From the IMG/VR virus record IMGVR_UViG_3300047469_000103, positions 160,001 to 224,000 of that record: 64,000 nucleotides of DNA; one strand, 5' to 3'. Positions 1 through 8,378 of the stretch are shown piece after piece. This stretch comes from a virus. Taxonomy: Duplodnaviria > Caudoviricetes. The first letter of the stretch is position 1. Each line of letters begins with the position of its first letter. The notes under the pieces are model-generated. The model did no database searches. It was not told where the DNA came from and saw only the letters and a program-made list of their open reading frames with translations. The translations under genes were made by a program, and so were the position numbers.

Positions 1-278
1 CCACCTTTCCCGTAGAACCGTGCAAGCTCCAGAATTTCTTTTTGACCATTTACAGCGGTCAGGTCGAAATTCAGTTTCGCGGTCACTGCGTTACTTGCAG
101 GTTTCGCGTCGGTGCGACATTCGAATGTGCCGTCGCGCTTTTCGTTGCGCGCTGCGGTTTGCATACCGAATTTATTTGTCGAACACATTTGTTGCGCCAT
201 CACCGTGTAGAAATCCGCTACGCGTTCTTCTTTGCAAGGTTGGCCAGCCAGACACACACTCAGGAAGAGAGAAATCAT
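1..278 (-). CDS. Partial hypothetical protein, runs off the window start (MISLFLSVCLAGQPC...)
   Basis: Translated by hand: ATG at 278 with AAGGAC SD, frame open to the window edge; not in the ORF track. Confidence 0.65.
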   Translation of the reverse strand, partial: MISLFLSVCLAGQPCKEERVADFYTVMAQQMCSTNKFGMQTAARNEKRDGTFECRTDAKPASNAVTAKLNFDLTAVNGQKEILELARFYGKG

Positions 279-293
279 TTGAACGTCCTTTTA

Positions 294-782
294 TTACGAA
301 AGCTCGCCAGCCAGATATTTGTTGGCGATGTGAATGTACTTGCGGAAACTCGGCACCGATTCGCAATCGTTATAATCTCGGTCGTTGTGAATAAAGAACC
401 GGTGCATGCTGCGGCGCTTCTTGTGCGACAGCCAGAATTGATGCGAAAGCGCGAGGTCATAAATTTCCGGCTCGTATGCGCGGGCGAAGTCGAAAACTAT
501 TTTGTAATCCTTGTGATACGACGGCACGGTGATTTGCCACGAATACACAATGCCGTTTTCTGGTCTGCCTTTTTTAATGTACCCGCCCAGCAGAATTGCG
601 CACTCACAAATTCGATTCATGATTGCGGTTTGCTTGGCTTGCGTTCGGGCAATGAGGTCGCCCAATTCATGCGGCGTTACGTTGCGCTCTTTGGCAGCTT
701 TCAAAAACTGGATCGAATTACGCGTTGCCGCGAAAAGACTTTCCAGTTCCGCCAATTGTCCGTCAAATGCTGCGTTCCACAT
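294..782 (-). CDS. Hypothetical protein
   Basis: 162-aa ORF packed with minus-strand neighbours. Confidence 0.65.
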   Translation of the reverse strand: MWNAAFDGQLAELESLFAATRNSIQFLKAAKERNVTPHELGDLIARTQAKQTAIMNRICECAILLGGYIKKGRPENGIVYSWQITVPSYHKDYKIVFDFARAYEPEIYDLALSHQFWLSHKKRRSMHRFFIHNDRDYNDCESVPSFRKYIHIANKYLAGELS

Positions 783-792
783 ATAGTCACCT

Positions 793-1434
793 TTACAGAT
801 AAATGAACGCGTCCAATTCAGGCAGACGTTCTTCGCTTTTGAATTTCCGCATGGCCCACAGCGCGGTCAACATGCAGCCTTGATCGTGCAGAAGGTTCGC
901 CGGGTAAATTGCAGTCGGCGCGGCATAAAGTTTACGCATCACCTGTGCCTGCAAGTCATTCGGGTTTTCGTAAATCACCTGAATTTCTTTTGTCGGCATT
1001 ACGAAACGCATAATGAAACCATGCTTGAGCATTTCGTCTTTGAACTGGTGATAGGCCGTACCATCAAACGGGAAACCGTCGATGTTCGGGTAATCGTATT
1101 TCGGAATCGGCTCGGCTTCAATTTCAGGCGCAATCATTTCTGCAATTGCGTCAAGCGTGCCGATCATTTCCGCGTGAACCGCATTTGCAGATTCGGTAGG
1201 AATGCGCAAATCAGCATCGGCTTTTCCGTCTGCCCCGAATGCGAAATCACGCACGGGCAATTGGCGTCGTTCTACGCCTTTCCAGAAACCGTTAGCGCGT
1301 CGTTCTTCGCGCCATTTAATTTGGTTGGCAGTTGCAGCCAATTGACGCGCTTTTGATTCCTTCAGACAAATGAAGGCAAGGGCCAGAAAGCCAATGCAGA
1401 TTGCAACGCCAATAATCAACAAAACATTTTCCAT
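793..1434 (-). CDS. Membrane-anchored hypothetical protein
   Basis: AGGAG SD; N-terminal hydrophobic helix VLLIIGVAICIGFLALAFICL. Confidence 0.75.
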   Translation of the reverse strand: MENVLLIIGVAICIGFLALAFICLKESKARQLAATANQIKWREERRANGFWKGVERRQLPVRDFAFGADGKADADLRIPTESANAVHAEMIGTLDAIAEMIAPEIEAEPIPKYDYPNIDGFPFDGTAYHQFKDEMLKHGFIMRFVMPTKEIQVIYENPNDLQAQVMRKLYAAPTAIYPANLLHDQGCMLTALWAMRKFKSEERLPELDAFIYL

Positions 1435-1459
1435 CGCCGTATCTCCTTTTGGCTAGACG

Positions 1460-1495
1460 AAAAATAACCCCCTTTGATTTCTCGCCGGGGGTTTA
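1460..1495 (-). terminator. Intrinsic terminator
   Basis: AACCCCC/GGGGGTT stem plus T-run after the 1510 stop. Confidence 0.65.
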
Positions 1496-1509
1496 GGGAA
1501 ACGCTCGTT

Positions 1510-2988
1510 TTACAGAGCGCGGAATTCTTCAGCAGTAAGCGGCTTGCCGGTGTAGGTCAGTTGGCCGTCGAGCGAAATGATTTGATCGAACGGCAGCGGG
1601 AAACGATTTTCGGTGATTGCGTAACGAACGTTCTCACGACGTACAACACGTTCGATTGGCACGATTACCGATTTGCTACCCTTGACTACACGCACACCAT
1701 GTTCGCGAACGTCGGTGATGGTCGGACGCGGTTCAACGCTGTGCATCTTTTTTGCTGGTGCAGCTTCAGCCTTTGCGAAATCTGCTTTTTTGTTGCCAAC
1801 GGTTTTGCGTGCATTTTCAGCAGGCTTTGCGGCGGCGACTTTTGCAGCAGGTTTAGCAGCCGGTTTTGCAGCCGGGGTTTCGTCAGCAACAAACTTGCCA
1901 CGGTTGTTTTTGCGCAGGCTGGATACCGCAACGCGGGTGCCTTCTTCGGTCACGATGTAACGTGCGCCGTCAGTGCCTTTAACAACCTTGGCGATGGTTT
2001 CCGCTTTGCGACCGTTCATGTAAACAGCGCCGCGCAAATCGTTGCCGGTGAATTCTACAGCTTCAGCTTTTGCAGCAGGTTTTACAGTGGCTTTAGCAGC
2101 CGGGGTTTTTGCAGCAGGGGCTTTTTCAGTTGCAGCCGCTTTTGCGCCGCCCTTTGCCATTTTGCCGGTCTTCACGTCACGAATGTGAGCGATGAAGAAT
2201 TTACCCGACGATTCAGCAGTTTCCAGCGCACGAGCTTCGCTCAATTTCACGCCTTCGTAATTCCAAACTGCGCCGTCTTTAAAGGTGACGATCAAAGTTT
2301 GAGTGTTGCGGTCGTATTCGGCAGAAACCAGATTCGACGACTTGCTGATTTCCAGATGGCGAATCGGGAATTTACGCACGTTCGACGATTCAGCTTCGAA
2401 TTCGTCAGCCGCTGGCTTTTTAGAAGCCGGTGCTTTTGCAGCAGGTTTAACAGTTGCTTTTGGTGCTGGTGCTACCGGCGCTTTTGCGTCGTATTTCGAA
2501 ACGGCGTCAGCCATTACGCGCAGATTGCCACGGTTGTTGCGTTCGATATCGGCCAGCAAAATGCGAGTGCCTTTATCGGTAACGGCGAAACGTTGTTCGG
2601 TTTCTTTGTCCTTCACGATGCGCGTTACGGTTTCTTTCGCACGACCGATCAAAACAACCTGATCGCGAACTTCAGTCGCTTTCAGTTCCACGACTTCAGC
2701 TTCGACCTTTTTACCGCGTGGCGTTTTTGGTTCGCCATCCAGTTTCAGGGTTGGAGCTTTTGCAGCAGGAGCTTTTGCAGCCGGTGCTTTCGGTGCAACT
2801 TCCGATTGCTTGGCTTTGAATTCTTTTGCCCACGATTTCAATTCGCGGAAAGTAACGCCGTTACCGATATCGGTGCCCAGCGAATAAAGTGCTTCACCGG
2901 TTTCCGATTTGTGCGCCTTGTTCTGAGCTTCCAGAGCGGCAACAGCAACGGACAACATAGCAGCGACGGTGTGAGTAGAAGTAGTCAT
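1510..2988 (-). CDS. KTSC-domain protein with histone H1/AlgP-like Ala-Lys-Pro linkers and repeated small beta domains
   Basis: SSNLVSAEYDRNTQTLIVTFKDGAVWNYEGV...AESSGKFFIAHIR is a KTSC pattern; KPAAKPAAK and KAPAAK repeats. Confidence 0.8.
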   Translation of the reverse strand: MTTSTHTVAAMLSVAVAALEAQNKAHKSETGEALYSLGTDIGNGVTFRELKSWAKEFKAKQSEVAPKAPAAKAPAAKAPTLKLDGEPKTPRGKKVEAEVVELKATEVRDQVVLIGRAKETVTRIVKDKETEQRFAVTDKGTRILLADIERNNRGNLRVMADAVSKYDAKAPVAPAPKATVKPAAKAPASKKPAADEFEAESSNVRKFPIRHLEISKSSNLVSAEYDRNTQTLIVTFKDGAVWNYEGVKLSEARALETAESSGKFFIAHIRDVKTGKMAKGGAKAAATEKAPAAKTPAAKATVKPAAKAEAVEFTGNDLRGAVYMNGRKAETIAKVVKGTDGARYIVTEEGTRVAVSSLRKNNRGKFVADETPAAKPAAKPAAKVAAAKPAENARKTVGNKKADFAKAEAAPAKKMHSVEPRPTITDVREHGVRVVKGSKSVIVPIERVVRRENVRYAITENRFPLPFDQIISLDGQLTYTGKPLTAEEFRAL

Positions 2989-3140
2989 GGTGTAATCCTT
3001 TTAAAATGAGTTTGGCATAATTGCCGGTCTGAAAAACGTTTTGCCTTAAAGGCGCATAGCTGGTCGAGCATTTGCAGCAGGTTCGAAACTTACCCTAATC
3101 TGTTAGTGCAGATTCGTGCGGGCATATTTGCCGAGATTCA

Positions 3141-3169
3141 ATATTGCGTGAAAGCTGTTTGAACGTCAA
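3141..3169 (-). promoter_or_regulatory. Sigma70-like early promoter
   Basis: TTGACG-N17-CAATAT upstream of the KTSC gene. Confidence 0.65.
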
Positions 3170-3221
3170 CCCCCTGTGCAAACTTTCTTTGCTGGTAGGC
3201 AGATTCGCTAGGCCAGCCCCG

Positions 3222-3251
3222 CTGCACATTCCGAAACCGGCGAATGTGCAG
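3222..3251. other. Intergenic hairpin
   Basis: CTGCACATTC/GAATGTGCAG perfect 10-bp stem just after the 3262 stop; no U tract. Confidence 0.55.
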
Positions 3252-3261
3252 GAAGGCTTAT

Positions 3262-3510
3262 CTAGATTCGCGGAAGCCAGTTAAACCGCTTCCAGCCGCA
3301 TACAACAGGCAACCAAAGGAAAACGATGGTTGCGCCCGCTTCCAGCCACGCCCGCGCCTTCAGCCAGCCGCGTAGCTCGTTATAGTGCTGGTAAGTTGTC
3401 GCGCACTGTTCGTCAGTCTCGCGCATTTCCCGAATGTACAGAATCGAAACGGCGAACATTCCCGCGCCGATTGTCAGGTAAACGAGAACCACTATCAGAA
3501 TGTAGAACAT
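3262..3510 (-). CDS. Small membrane protein
   Basis: Two hydrophobic segments; start refined to MFYILIVV. Confidence 0.65.
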   Translation of the reverse strand: MFYILIVVLVYLTIGAGMFAVSILYIREMRETDEQCATTYQHYNELRGWLKARAWLEAGATIVFLWLPVVCGWKRFNWLPRI

Positions 3511-3512
3511 GC

Positions 3513-4184
3513 TCAACCCTCGACAGTCTGCCAACCAGTGGCGTCGGCTTGTAGACGTTTCAGCGCAGACATAGAAACGTACATCGGCACCAGAACGTTA
3601 TAGGCCGATTCGAAATCAATATCCGGCGAACCCGATTCGAAAAGCTCAATTCCGCGTGCGGTGATGCTTTCCTTTTCATCGTCGAGAACCTTAGCCATTT
3701 CTTCAGCTTCAGCAATCGACCATTCCAACGAACCGCGCACGTCGGCGTAAAACGCGCCTAGAATCTTTTTCATGTCGTCTTGAAAGATTTCCGACAGAAT
3801 TAAAACGCGGGTGAATTCCAATTCCGCGATTTCGCCAATGTGAATGTCTTGCGTGCGTTGAACGCGGTCGCTTTCCGTTTTCCAGTTCGCCGGTTTCAAC
3901 AACGCCAACGAATTCAAACCTGAATGGCAGCACTGGACAGCAACGCGCAATTCGAACAGTTGATTTTCAACCATACGGAATTGCTGTTCGTTGGTGATGG
4001 CTTCGACGTGCGAACCGAATTGATTCGGCGTGCCGTCTTCCTTTGCCCAGCCTGCAATGTTGCCTTCGCCGTCGATCCACGCAAACAACGTAAGATCGTT
4101 TTCATCCGCCACGCCCTTTTCAACCGGTTGCATTTCGAACGCGGCGTTTTTGTTAGCGCAGTGGAACACATAAACTGTAGACAT
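3513..4184 (-). CDS. Hypothetical protein; N-terminal domain shared with 4188-4625
   Basis: GAGGAA SD; ORF track. Confidence 0.75.
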   Translation of the reverse strand: MSTVYVFHCANKNAAFEMQPVEKGVADENDLTLFAWIDGEGNIAGWAKEDGTPNQFGSHVEAITNEQQFRMVENQLFELRVAVQCCHSGLNSLALLKPANWKTESDRVQRTQDIHIGEIAELEFTRVLILSEIFQDDMKKILGAFYADVRGSLEWSIAEAEEMAKVLDDEKESITARGIELFESGSPDIDFESAYNVLVPMYVSMSALKRLQADATGWQTVEG

Positions 4185-4187
4185 GAT

Positions 4188-4625
4188 TTATTCCTCGATT
4201 ACAAACGTTGTAGTGATGCCGATAACCAAACCGTCGTCGGCCACGCCGGTACGAATGCGGTGTTTTAATTTCTTGCCTTCAAATGCCACGCGATAGCGAT
4301 ACATATGCGTGCGCATTAATTCCTGTGCATCTTTCAGCAATTCGCCGCCGCCGACCGACGTTAATTCGTTGTCGTCGGAAACGGTGCATTCCATTTCGAT
4401 TGCGCCAAGATATTGATGGCTGGTGAATTCGTCCGGCATACCAATTGGCATAACGAACGAACCGTCGGTGCGATTCGGAAGGCCGTCGATGCGTGCATAA
4501 CCTAAAAGGTCGCCGTCATCATTAAACCACTCATACGATTTATGCTCGCGTGGATGTGGATCGCCTTTGTTAACTTGCGTGCCGTCGAAACGTTTATCGG
4601 CACAGCGGTAAATATGCGTGTTCAT
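4188..4625 (-). CDS. Hypothetical protein; N-terminal domain shared with 3513-4184
   Basis: Coupled ORF. Confidence 0.75.
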   Translation of the reverse strand: MNTHIYRCADKRFDGTQVNKGDPHPREHKSYEWFNDDGDLLGYARIDGLPNRTDGSFVMPIGMPDEFTSHQYLGAIEMECTVSDDNELTSVGGGELLKDAQELMRTHMYRYRVAFEGKKLKHRIRTGVADDGLVIGITTTFVIEE

Positions 4626-4849
4626 TATTTGCTCTCCACGTAGGTGACGAATTCTTTACCGATGGTTGCCCATTTCTCTAAATCGAATTGCGACAGCTTG
4701 CGAACGTGGAAGGTTTTACGTTCCATGTAAATTCCGGCTTCTGCATTTGTGTAATCCAAATAGTATTGGTGCAGGCCAGCTTTACCGAGAGTCAAATGCG
4801 GGCAACCGATCGCAGCGATGATCGTGGTTTTATTAATTGCCATGTTCAA
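4625..4849 (-). CDS. Hypothetical protein
   Basis: ORF coupled to the next gene, downstream of a promoter. Confidence 0.7.
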   Translation of the reverse strand: MNMAINKTTIIAAIGCPHLTLGKAGLHQYYLDYTNAEAGIYMERKTFHVRKLSQFDLEKWATIGKEFVTYVESK

Positions 4850-4903
4850 ACTTCCCTTATCTCGTGAGTGACAAATCTGGTAGGCATATTTGCCGAGGAT
4901 TGA

Positions 4904-4933
4904 ATCGTCTCACTTTCCTTGTCCCATCGTCAA
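4904..4933 (-). promoter_or_regulatory. Probable sigma70-like promoter
   Basis: TTGACG-N18-GACGAT (TG-extended) followed by the same repeat motif as at 3121 and 8066. Confidence 0.45.
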
Positions 4934-4971
4934 GCGCCCGCGCAAAACTTTCTGCAACGGGCGCACAGGCG

Positions 4972-5364
4972 TTAGGCGGCGGCGTAGGCGCTAACCTGTT
5001 CGACGATCTTGGCGCCACGCGTTTTGGAAGCGCGGGAACTTGGTTCGCCGTTTATGTAGAAGGCAACCGGGCGATTCATCTTTGACTTGCCGCGCACGAT
5101 TGCATAACCGTGCATGACAATCCCCGATTTGAAATTGAGTACGACCTTTTCACCGTTGCTCAATTTGTACGTTCCGCGTTCGGTGATAATTACATCCGAC
5201 TCGACGGGAATAAATTCTACCGTCACATTTTCCGGTGCGCCCATTGCTTTTGCACACGCAGTTAATTGGTCGGACGTTTCTTTGCTGTCGCTGTACCAGT
5301 GAACGAAATCCTGTTGCACTTTGCCAGTCATGACAATTCGCGTGCCGTAAATTTTATTACTCAT
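4972..5364 (-). CDS. Hypothetical protein
   Basis: GAGGAA SD; 130 aa. Confidence 0.7.
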   Translation of the reverse strand: MSNKIYGTRIVMTGKVQQDFVHWYSDSKETSDQLTACAKAMGAPENVTVEFIPVESDVIITERGTYKLSNGEKVVLNFKSGIVMHGYAIVRGKSKMNRPVAFYINGEPSSRASKTRGAKIVEQVSAYAAA

Positions 5365-5569
5365 ATTGCTTTCCTCGATTTACGTGACGCTGTAGCGCCT
5401 CTACTAATTCAGCCTTCCGGTGCGACTGCTTTTCCTTCTCTGCACTTTCCAGTTCCAACGTTAACCGGTTCTCACGCATGTAAACGCCGAACGCACACAA
5501 CAGCATGACAACGTAACCTGCCATACAACCGTACATGACATATTCAGGACGCATATTTTTATTCTCCAT
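5357..5569 (-). CDS. Small protein with TM helix and coiled coil
   Basis: Hydrophobic N-terminal half, charged C-terminal half. Confidence 0.6.
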   Translation of the reverse strand: MENKNMRPEYVMYGCMAGYVVMLLCAFGVYMRENRLTLELESAEKEKQSHRKAELVEALQRHVNRGKQYE

Positions 5570-5573
5570 ACGA

Positions 5574-5599
5574 GAAAACCGGACACTAGGCCCGGTTTC
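5574..5599 (-). terminator. Intrinsic terminator
   Basis: AAACCGG/CCGGTTT stem. Confidence 0.55.
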
Positions 5600-5631
5600 T
5601 ACTTTTGAGGTTTTATTGCGTTGGTGTCACC

Positions 5632-5898
5632 TTACTGAATTCGAATTGGTTCAAGTTCGCCTTTCGGCCAGCAGACGGTGCCGTGTTCGTTAATACGTGC
5701 GCCGGGAGTGCAAAGCCATACCATCATGTCTTTGTCGATTTGCTCAGGCGGCACAATACTGTTGTAGGCACACAGCGCGTCAGATACGGTTGCGCCTTTT
5801 CCCCAGTATCCGTTTTTGTGAACCATGACGTAAGACAGCGAAGCGTCCACGGTATGGTCAGCGAGAAATTTCTCAACAACGGATTTACGTGCGGTCAT
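5632..5898 (-). CDS. Hypothetical protein
   Basis: Start refined to MTARKSVV with GGGAG SD. Confidence 0.7.
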   Translation of the reverse strand: MTARKSVVEKFLADHTVDASLSYVMVHKNGYWGKGATVSDALCAYNSIVPPEQIDKDMMVWLCTPGARINEHGTVCWPKGELEPIRIQ

Positions 5899-5944
5899 TT
5901 TATTTCTCCCACAATTTATTTTAAGGTTGGCAGAGCGACCAGCT

Positions 5945-6301
5945 TTACCACGTAGCAGGAATGACGTTGCGGTGAACCAGCGGTTTGAGAATGTCGGCCA
6001 GCGCTTCGACTGCTTTCTTTTGCGCTGGTGTTGGTTTTTCGTTTCCGAAATACGTTCCACCTTCCAATGCCTCCGCAAGAATTTCCGCGTCGGACACAGA
6101 TTGCAGAGTAACGGTCACGGCTTTTTCAGGCCGCATTAACAGAACGAATTTCGTGGCCGAGTCAACGAGACGTTTTCGTGTCTCCTTGCTGCGGTCGTCG
6201 TAAAGCTCTTCGATCAGACCATCATCGGTAAGAAGCTGCACACGATGATAAAGAACCTCTACCTGAAATTGCGTCAGATTTAATTCTTGCGGATATTGCA
6301 T
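5945..6301 (-). CDS. Hypothetical protein
   Basis: Start refined to MQYPQ with AGGGG SD. Confidence 0.7.
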   Translation of the reverse strand: MQYPQELNLTQFQVEVLYHRVQLLTDDGLIEELYDDRSKETRKRLVDSATKFVLLMRPEKAVTVTLQSVSDAEILAEALEGGTYFGNEKPTPAQKKAVEALADILKPLVHRNVIPATW

Positions 6302-6321
6302 GATAATGCCCCTTTGCTTGT

Positions 6322-6525
6322 TTATGGTTTTACGCGTTTCACTTTTACGTTGGTGCAGTGCCGACAAACCATTGTGTAGCTGCGGTGATGGATAATTCCA
6401 GCAGCAGCCATATCAGCGGCAATAATGCTGCCGTCTTGCGCTGCCGTCCATTTTACGTCTTCGATTGCGACACATTTGTAATCGTGTTCACACAGGCCCA
6501 ACAGGCGGCGCAGAAGTTTAAGCAT
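6322..6525 (-). CDS. Small Cys/His protein (CEHDY...CRHC)
   Basis: Zn-ribbon-like motif; GAGGT SD. Confidence 0.65.
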   Translation of the reverse strand: MLKLLRRLLGLCEHDYKCVAIEDVKWTAAQDGSIIAADMAAAGIIHHRSYTMVCRHCTNVKVKRVKP

Positions 6526-6533
6526 GCGTCACC

Positions 6534-6908
6534 TCAGAAATTCAATGCGCGATGTGCGCCGGAACGTGCCAGTTTGAAAATGGCGCCGTCTTTATAGTAG
6601 ACCGAAATATTCGTTTCCAGTCCTTCGCGGCTGTAGCAGTAGAAATCCAGAATGGCGCGACCGTCTTCGGTCAATTCCACGCCCTTACGAAAATCAGCCC
6701 ACGAAATTAAATCAGCGAGGTCGGTGTCTTGCCAATTTTCCGTTTTCGCAACGATGGCAATATTAGCCGAAAAGGTTTCGCTGTGATCTTGCGTGTTAAG
6801 GCGTGTGCCGAGTTCCATACGGCTCAGGTTGCGCACTTCCTGTTTTGTGTAGTCGCGAATCTTTTTGCATTCTTCAGCAGTTGGTTTCCACAGTTTCGAA
6901 ATTGCCAT
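6534..6908 (-). CDS. Hypothetical protein
   Basis: GAGGAA SD; 124 aa. Confidence 0.7.
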   Translation of the reverse strand: MAISKLWKPTAEECKKIRDYTKQEVRNLSRMELGTRLNTQDHSETFSANIAIVAKTENWQDTDLADLISWADFRKGVELTEDGRAILDFYCYSREGLETNISVYYKDGAIFKLARSGAHRALNF

Positions 6909-6947
6909 TGTCGTTTCCTCTTAGGGTCAGATTGGTTTACTACTGAC

Positions 6948-6968
6948 AAAGCCCGCACGAGGCGGGCT
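6948..6968 (-). terminator. Intrinsic terminator
   Basis: GCCCGC-CTCGT-GCGGGC-TTT; same loop as at 8340. Confidence 0.65.
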
Positions 6969-6972
6969 ATGT

Positions 6973-7482
6973 TTACTCAGGCTGATAAATCTCGACGGAT
7001 TTAATCGGGCCTTTGAATTTGAAACAGCGGGCGATGAAATCGCGCACGTCTTCTTCAGACTTGCCGTATTCCTGTTGCACTGCGCCGTTCTCGAAAGTGA
7101 TGGTGTAAAGTTGCTCGCCCATTGGAGGCTCCTTGATGGTTTTCAGATGTTGTAGAATTCGGTGATGCGCATTTATTTCGTTGCGCATTCTTTCCGCTGC
7201 TTCTGCGCCGTGTTCGTATTCGTGATCCGCGAACGGACTGTTATACGCTTCAGCTTCTTTATAGTCGCGAATGAGCGCCTGAATATCCGCTGAATCAAAC
7301 CACGACAACGCACGTTCGGCACGTTCCAGAATTGTACGCGTGCCGGTGAAGGCTTGATGATTCTCCACCTTGTTCAAAACATCGACCGTCACGCCCATAT
7401 AATGAGCAAGGTCACTGCTTTTAATGCCGAGGCGAATTCGCCAGCGTTGCAAATTGCGTCCGGTCAATTCACACGTTGCCAT
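6973..7482 (-). CDS. XRE-family helix-turn-helix protein
   Basis: LQRWRIRLGIKSSDLAHYMGVTVDVLNKVEN fits the HTH_3 pattern. Confidence 0.7.
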   Translation of the reverse strand: MATCELTGRNLQRWRIRLGIKSSDLAHYMGVTVDVLNKVENHQAFTGTRTILERAERALSWFDSADIQALIRDYKEAEAYNSPFADHEYEHGAEAAERMRNEINAHHRILQHLKTIKEPPMGEQLYTITFENGAVQQEYGKSEEDVRDFIARCFKFKGPIKSVEIYQPE

Positions 7483-7672
7483 TTTTGCGCGCTTCCTCTT
7501 CTGCTTCCTGTTCGATCTTTTCGATTTCGGCGGTCATACGTGCGTATGCTTCCGACCGACGTTTATAGTACATATGCACCTTGTACATTTTCCGGCCTTC
7601 CCACGCGAACCACGCAATGAGCGCGAGAATGATTAAAACGTACACGGTGCGGAGAACTATTTGCGGTTCCAT
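7469..7672 (-). CDS. Small membrane-anchored protein
   Basis: N-terminal TM, charged tail. Confidence 0.65.
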   Translation of the reverse strand: MEPQIVLRTVYVLIILALIAWFAWEGRKMYKVHMYYKRRSEAYARMTAEIEKIEQEAEEEARKNGNV

Positions 7673-8031
7673 TATTTCGCACTCAGCAAGTCAACAATGA
7701 ATGGATCGCAAATATCAGCGCCTTGATTTTGCAGAAACTCGACAAGCTCAACAGTCGAATTACCACGGCACAAAAGTTCGCCCGCTAAAGTGACGATGCT
7801 GAAATTCGAATTCTGATCCCACAGGTTAATTGAGAACCAGATATATTCGTGGGTGCCGTCATTCAAAATGCGACGGACATGGAAAGAACAACCGCCGACA
7901 AAATCTTCACGGCTAACACGAACCACGTTTTCGTTGAAAAGCGTTTCGACGATGGTCGGCAGAACACGCGACGGCACCATGATTGTGTTGCGCAGTTGTG
8001 CTTTCGATGCAGCTACAGATTGCAGAGTCAT
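7672..8031 (-). CDS. Hypothetical protein
   Basis: First gene after the 8090-8119 promoter. Confidence 0.7.
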   Translation of the reverse strand: MTLQSVAASKAQLRNTIMVPSRVLPTIVETLFNENVVRVSREDFVGGCSFHVRRILNDGTHEYIWFSINLWDQNSNFSIVTLAGELLCRGNSTVELVEFLQNQGADICDPFIVDLLSAK

Positions 8032-8089
8032 AGGAAACGTTCCTTATTGCGTGAGTTCAAAAGTCGGTAGGCATATTTGCCGAGACTCA

Positions 8090-8119
8090 ATATTGCACGA
8101 ATCGGCATTCAGTTGTCAA
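8090..8119 (-). promoter_or_regulatory. Sigma70-like early promoter
   Basis: TTGACA-N18-CAATAT; near-duplicate of the 3141-3169 promoter region. Confidence 0.65.
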
Positions 8120-8127
8120 TCCCCCGT

Positions 8128-8316
8128 TTACGCAAGGGACTTCCAACGGCGTACTGGTTTCTCTACATCGCGTTTCAGAAGTTTGGCCCATTGCACTTTG
8201 AACTGCGTGCGGCCATAAAGTGCTTCAAGTTCGGCAGCCGGTTTTGTATCCGCATATACGGTTATGGTGGCGCTGGTGAAATGCGCGTTTGTGATGCGGA
8301 CAGAATATTTGTTCAT
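8128..8316 (-). CDS. Hypothetical protein
   Basis: 62 aa between a terminator and a promoter. Confidence 0.6.
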   Translation of the reverse strand: MNKYSVRITNAHFTSATITVYADTKPAAELEALYGRTQFKVQWAKLLKRDVEKPVRRWKSLA

Positions 8317-8339
8317 GAAAAATCGCCGGGGGAGAAACG

Positions 8340-8365
8340 AAAAAGCCCCGCACGAGGCGAGGCTT
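8340..8365 (-). terminator. Intrinsic terminator
   Basis: AAGCCTCGC-CTCGT-GCGGGGCTTTT. Confidence 0.7.
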
Positions 8366-8378
8366 AGTCTTTTACGTT

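Noticed and set aside
3060-3100. GGTTCGAAAC resembling a tRNA T-loop
   Set aside because: No acceptor, D or anticodon stems could be built; it lies in a minus-strand leader.
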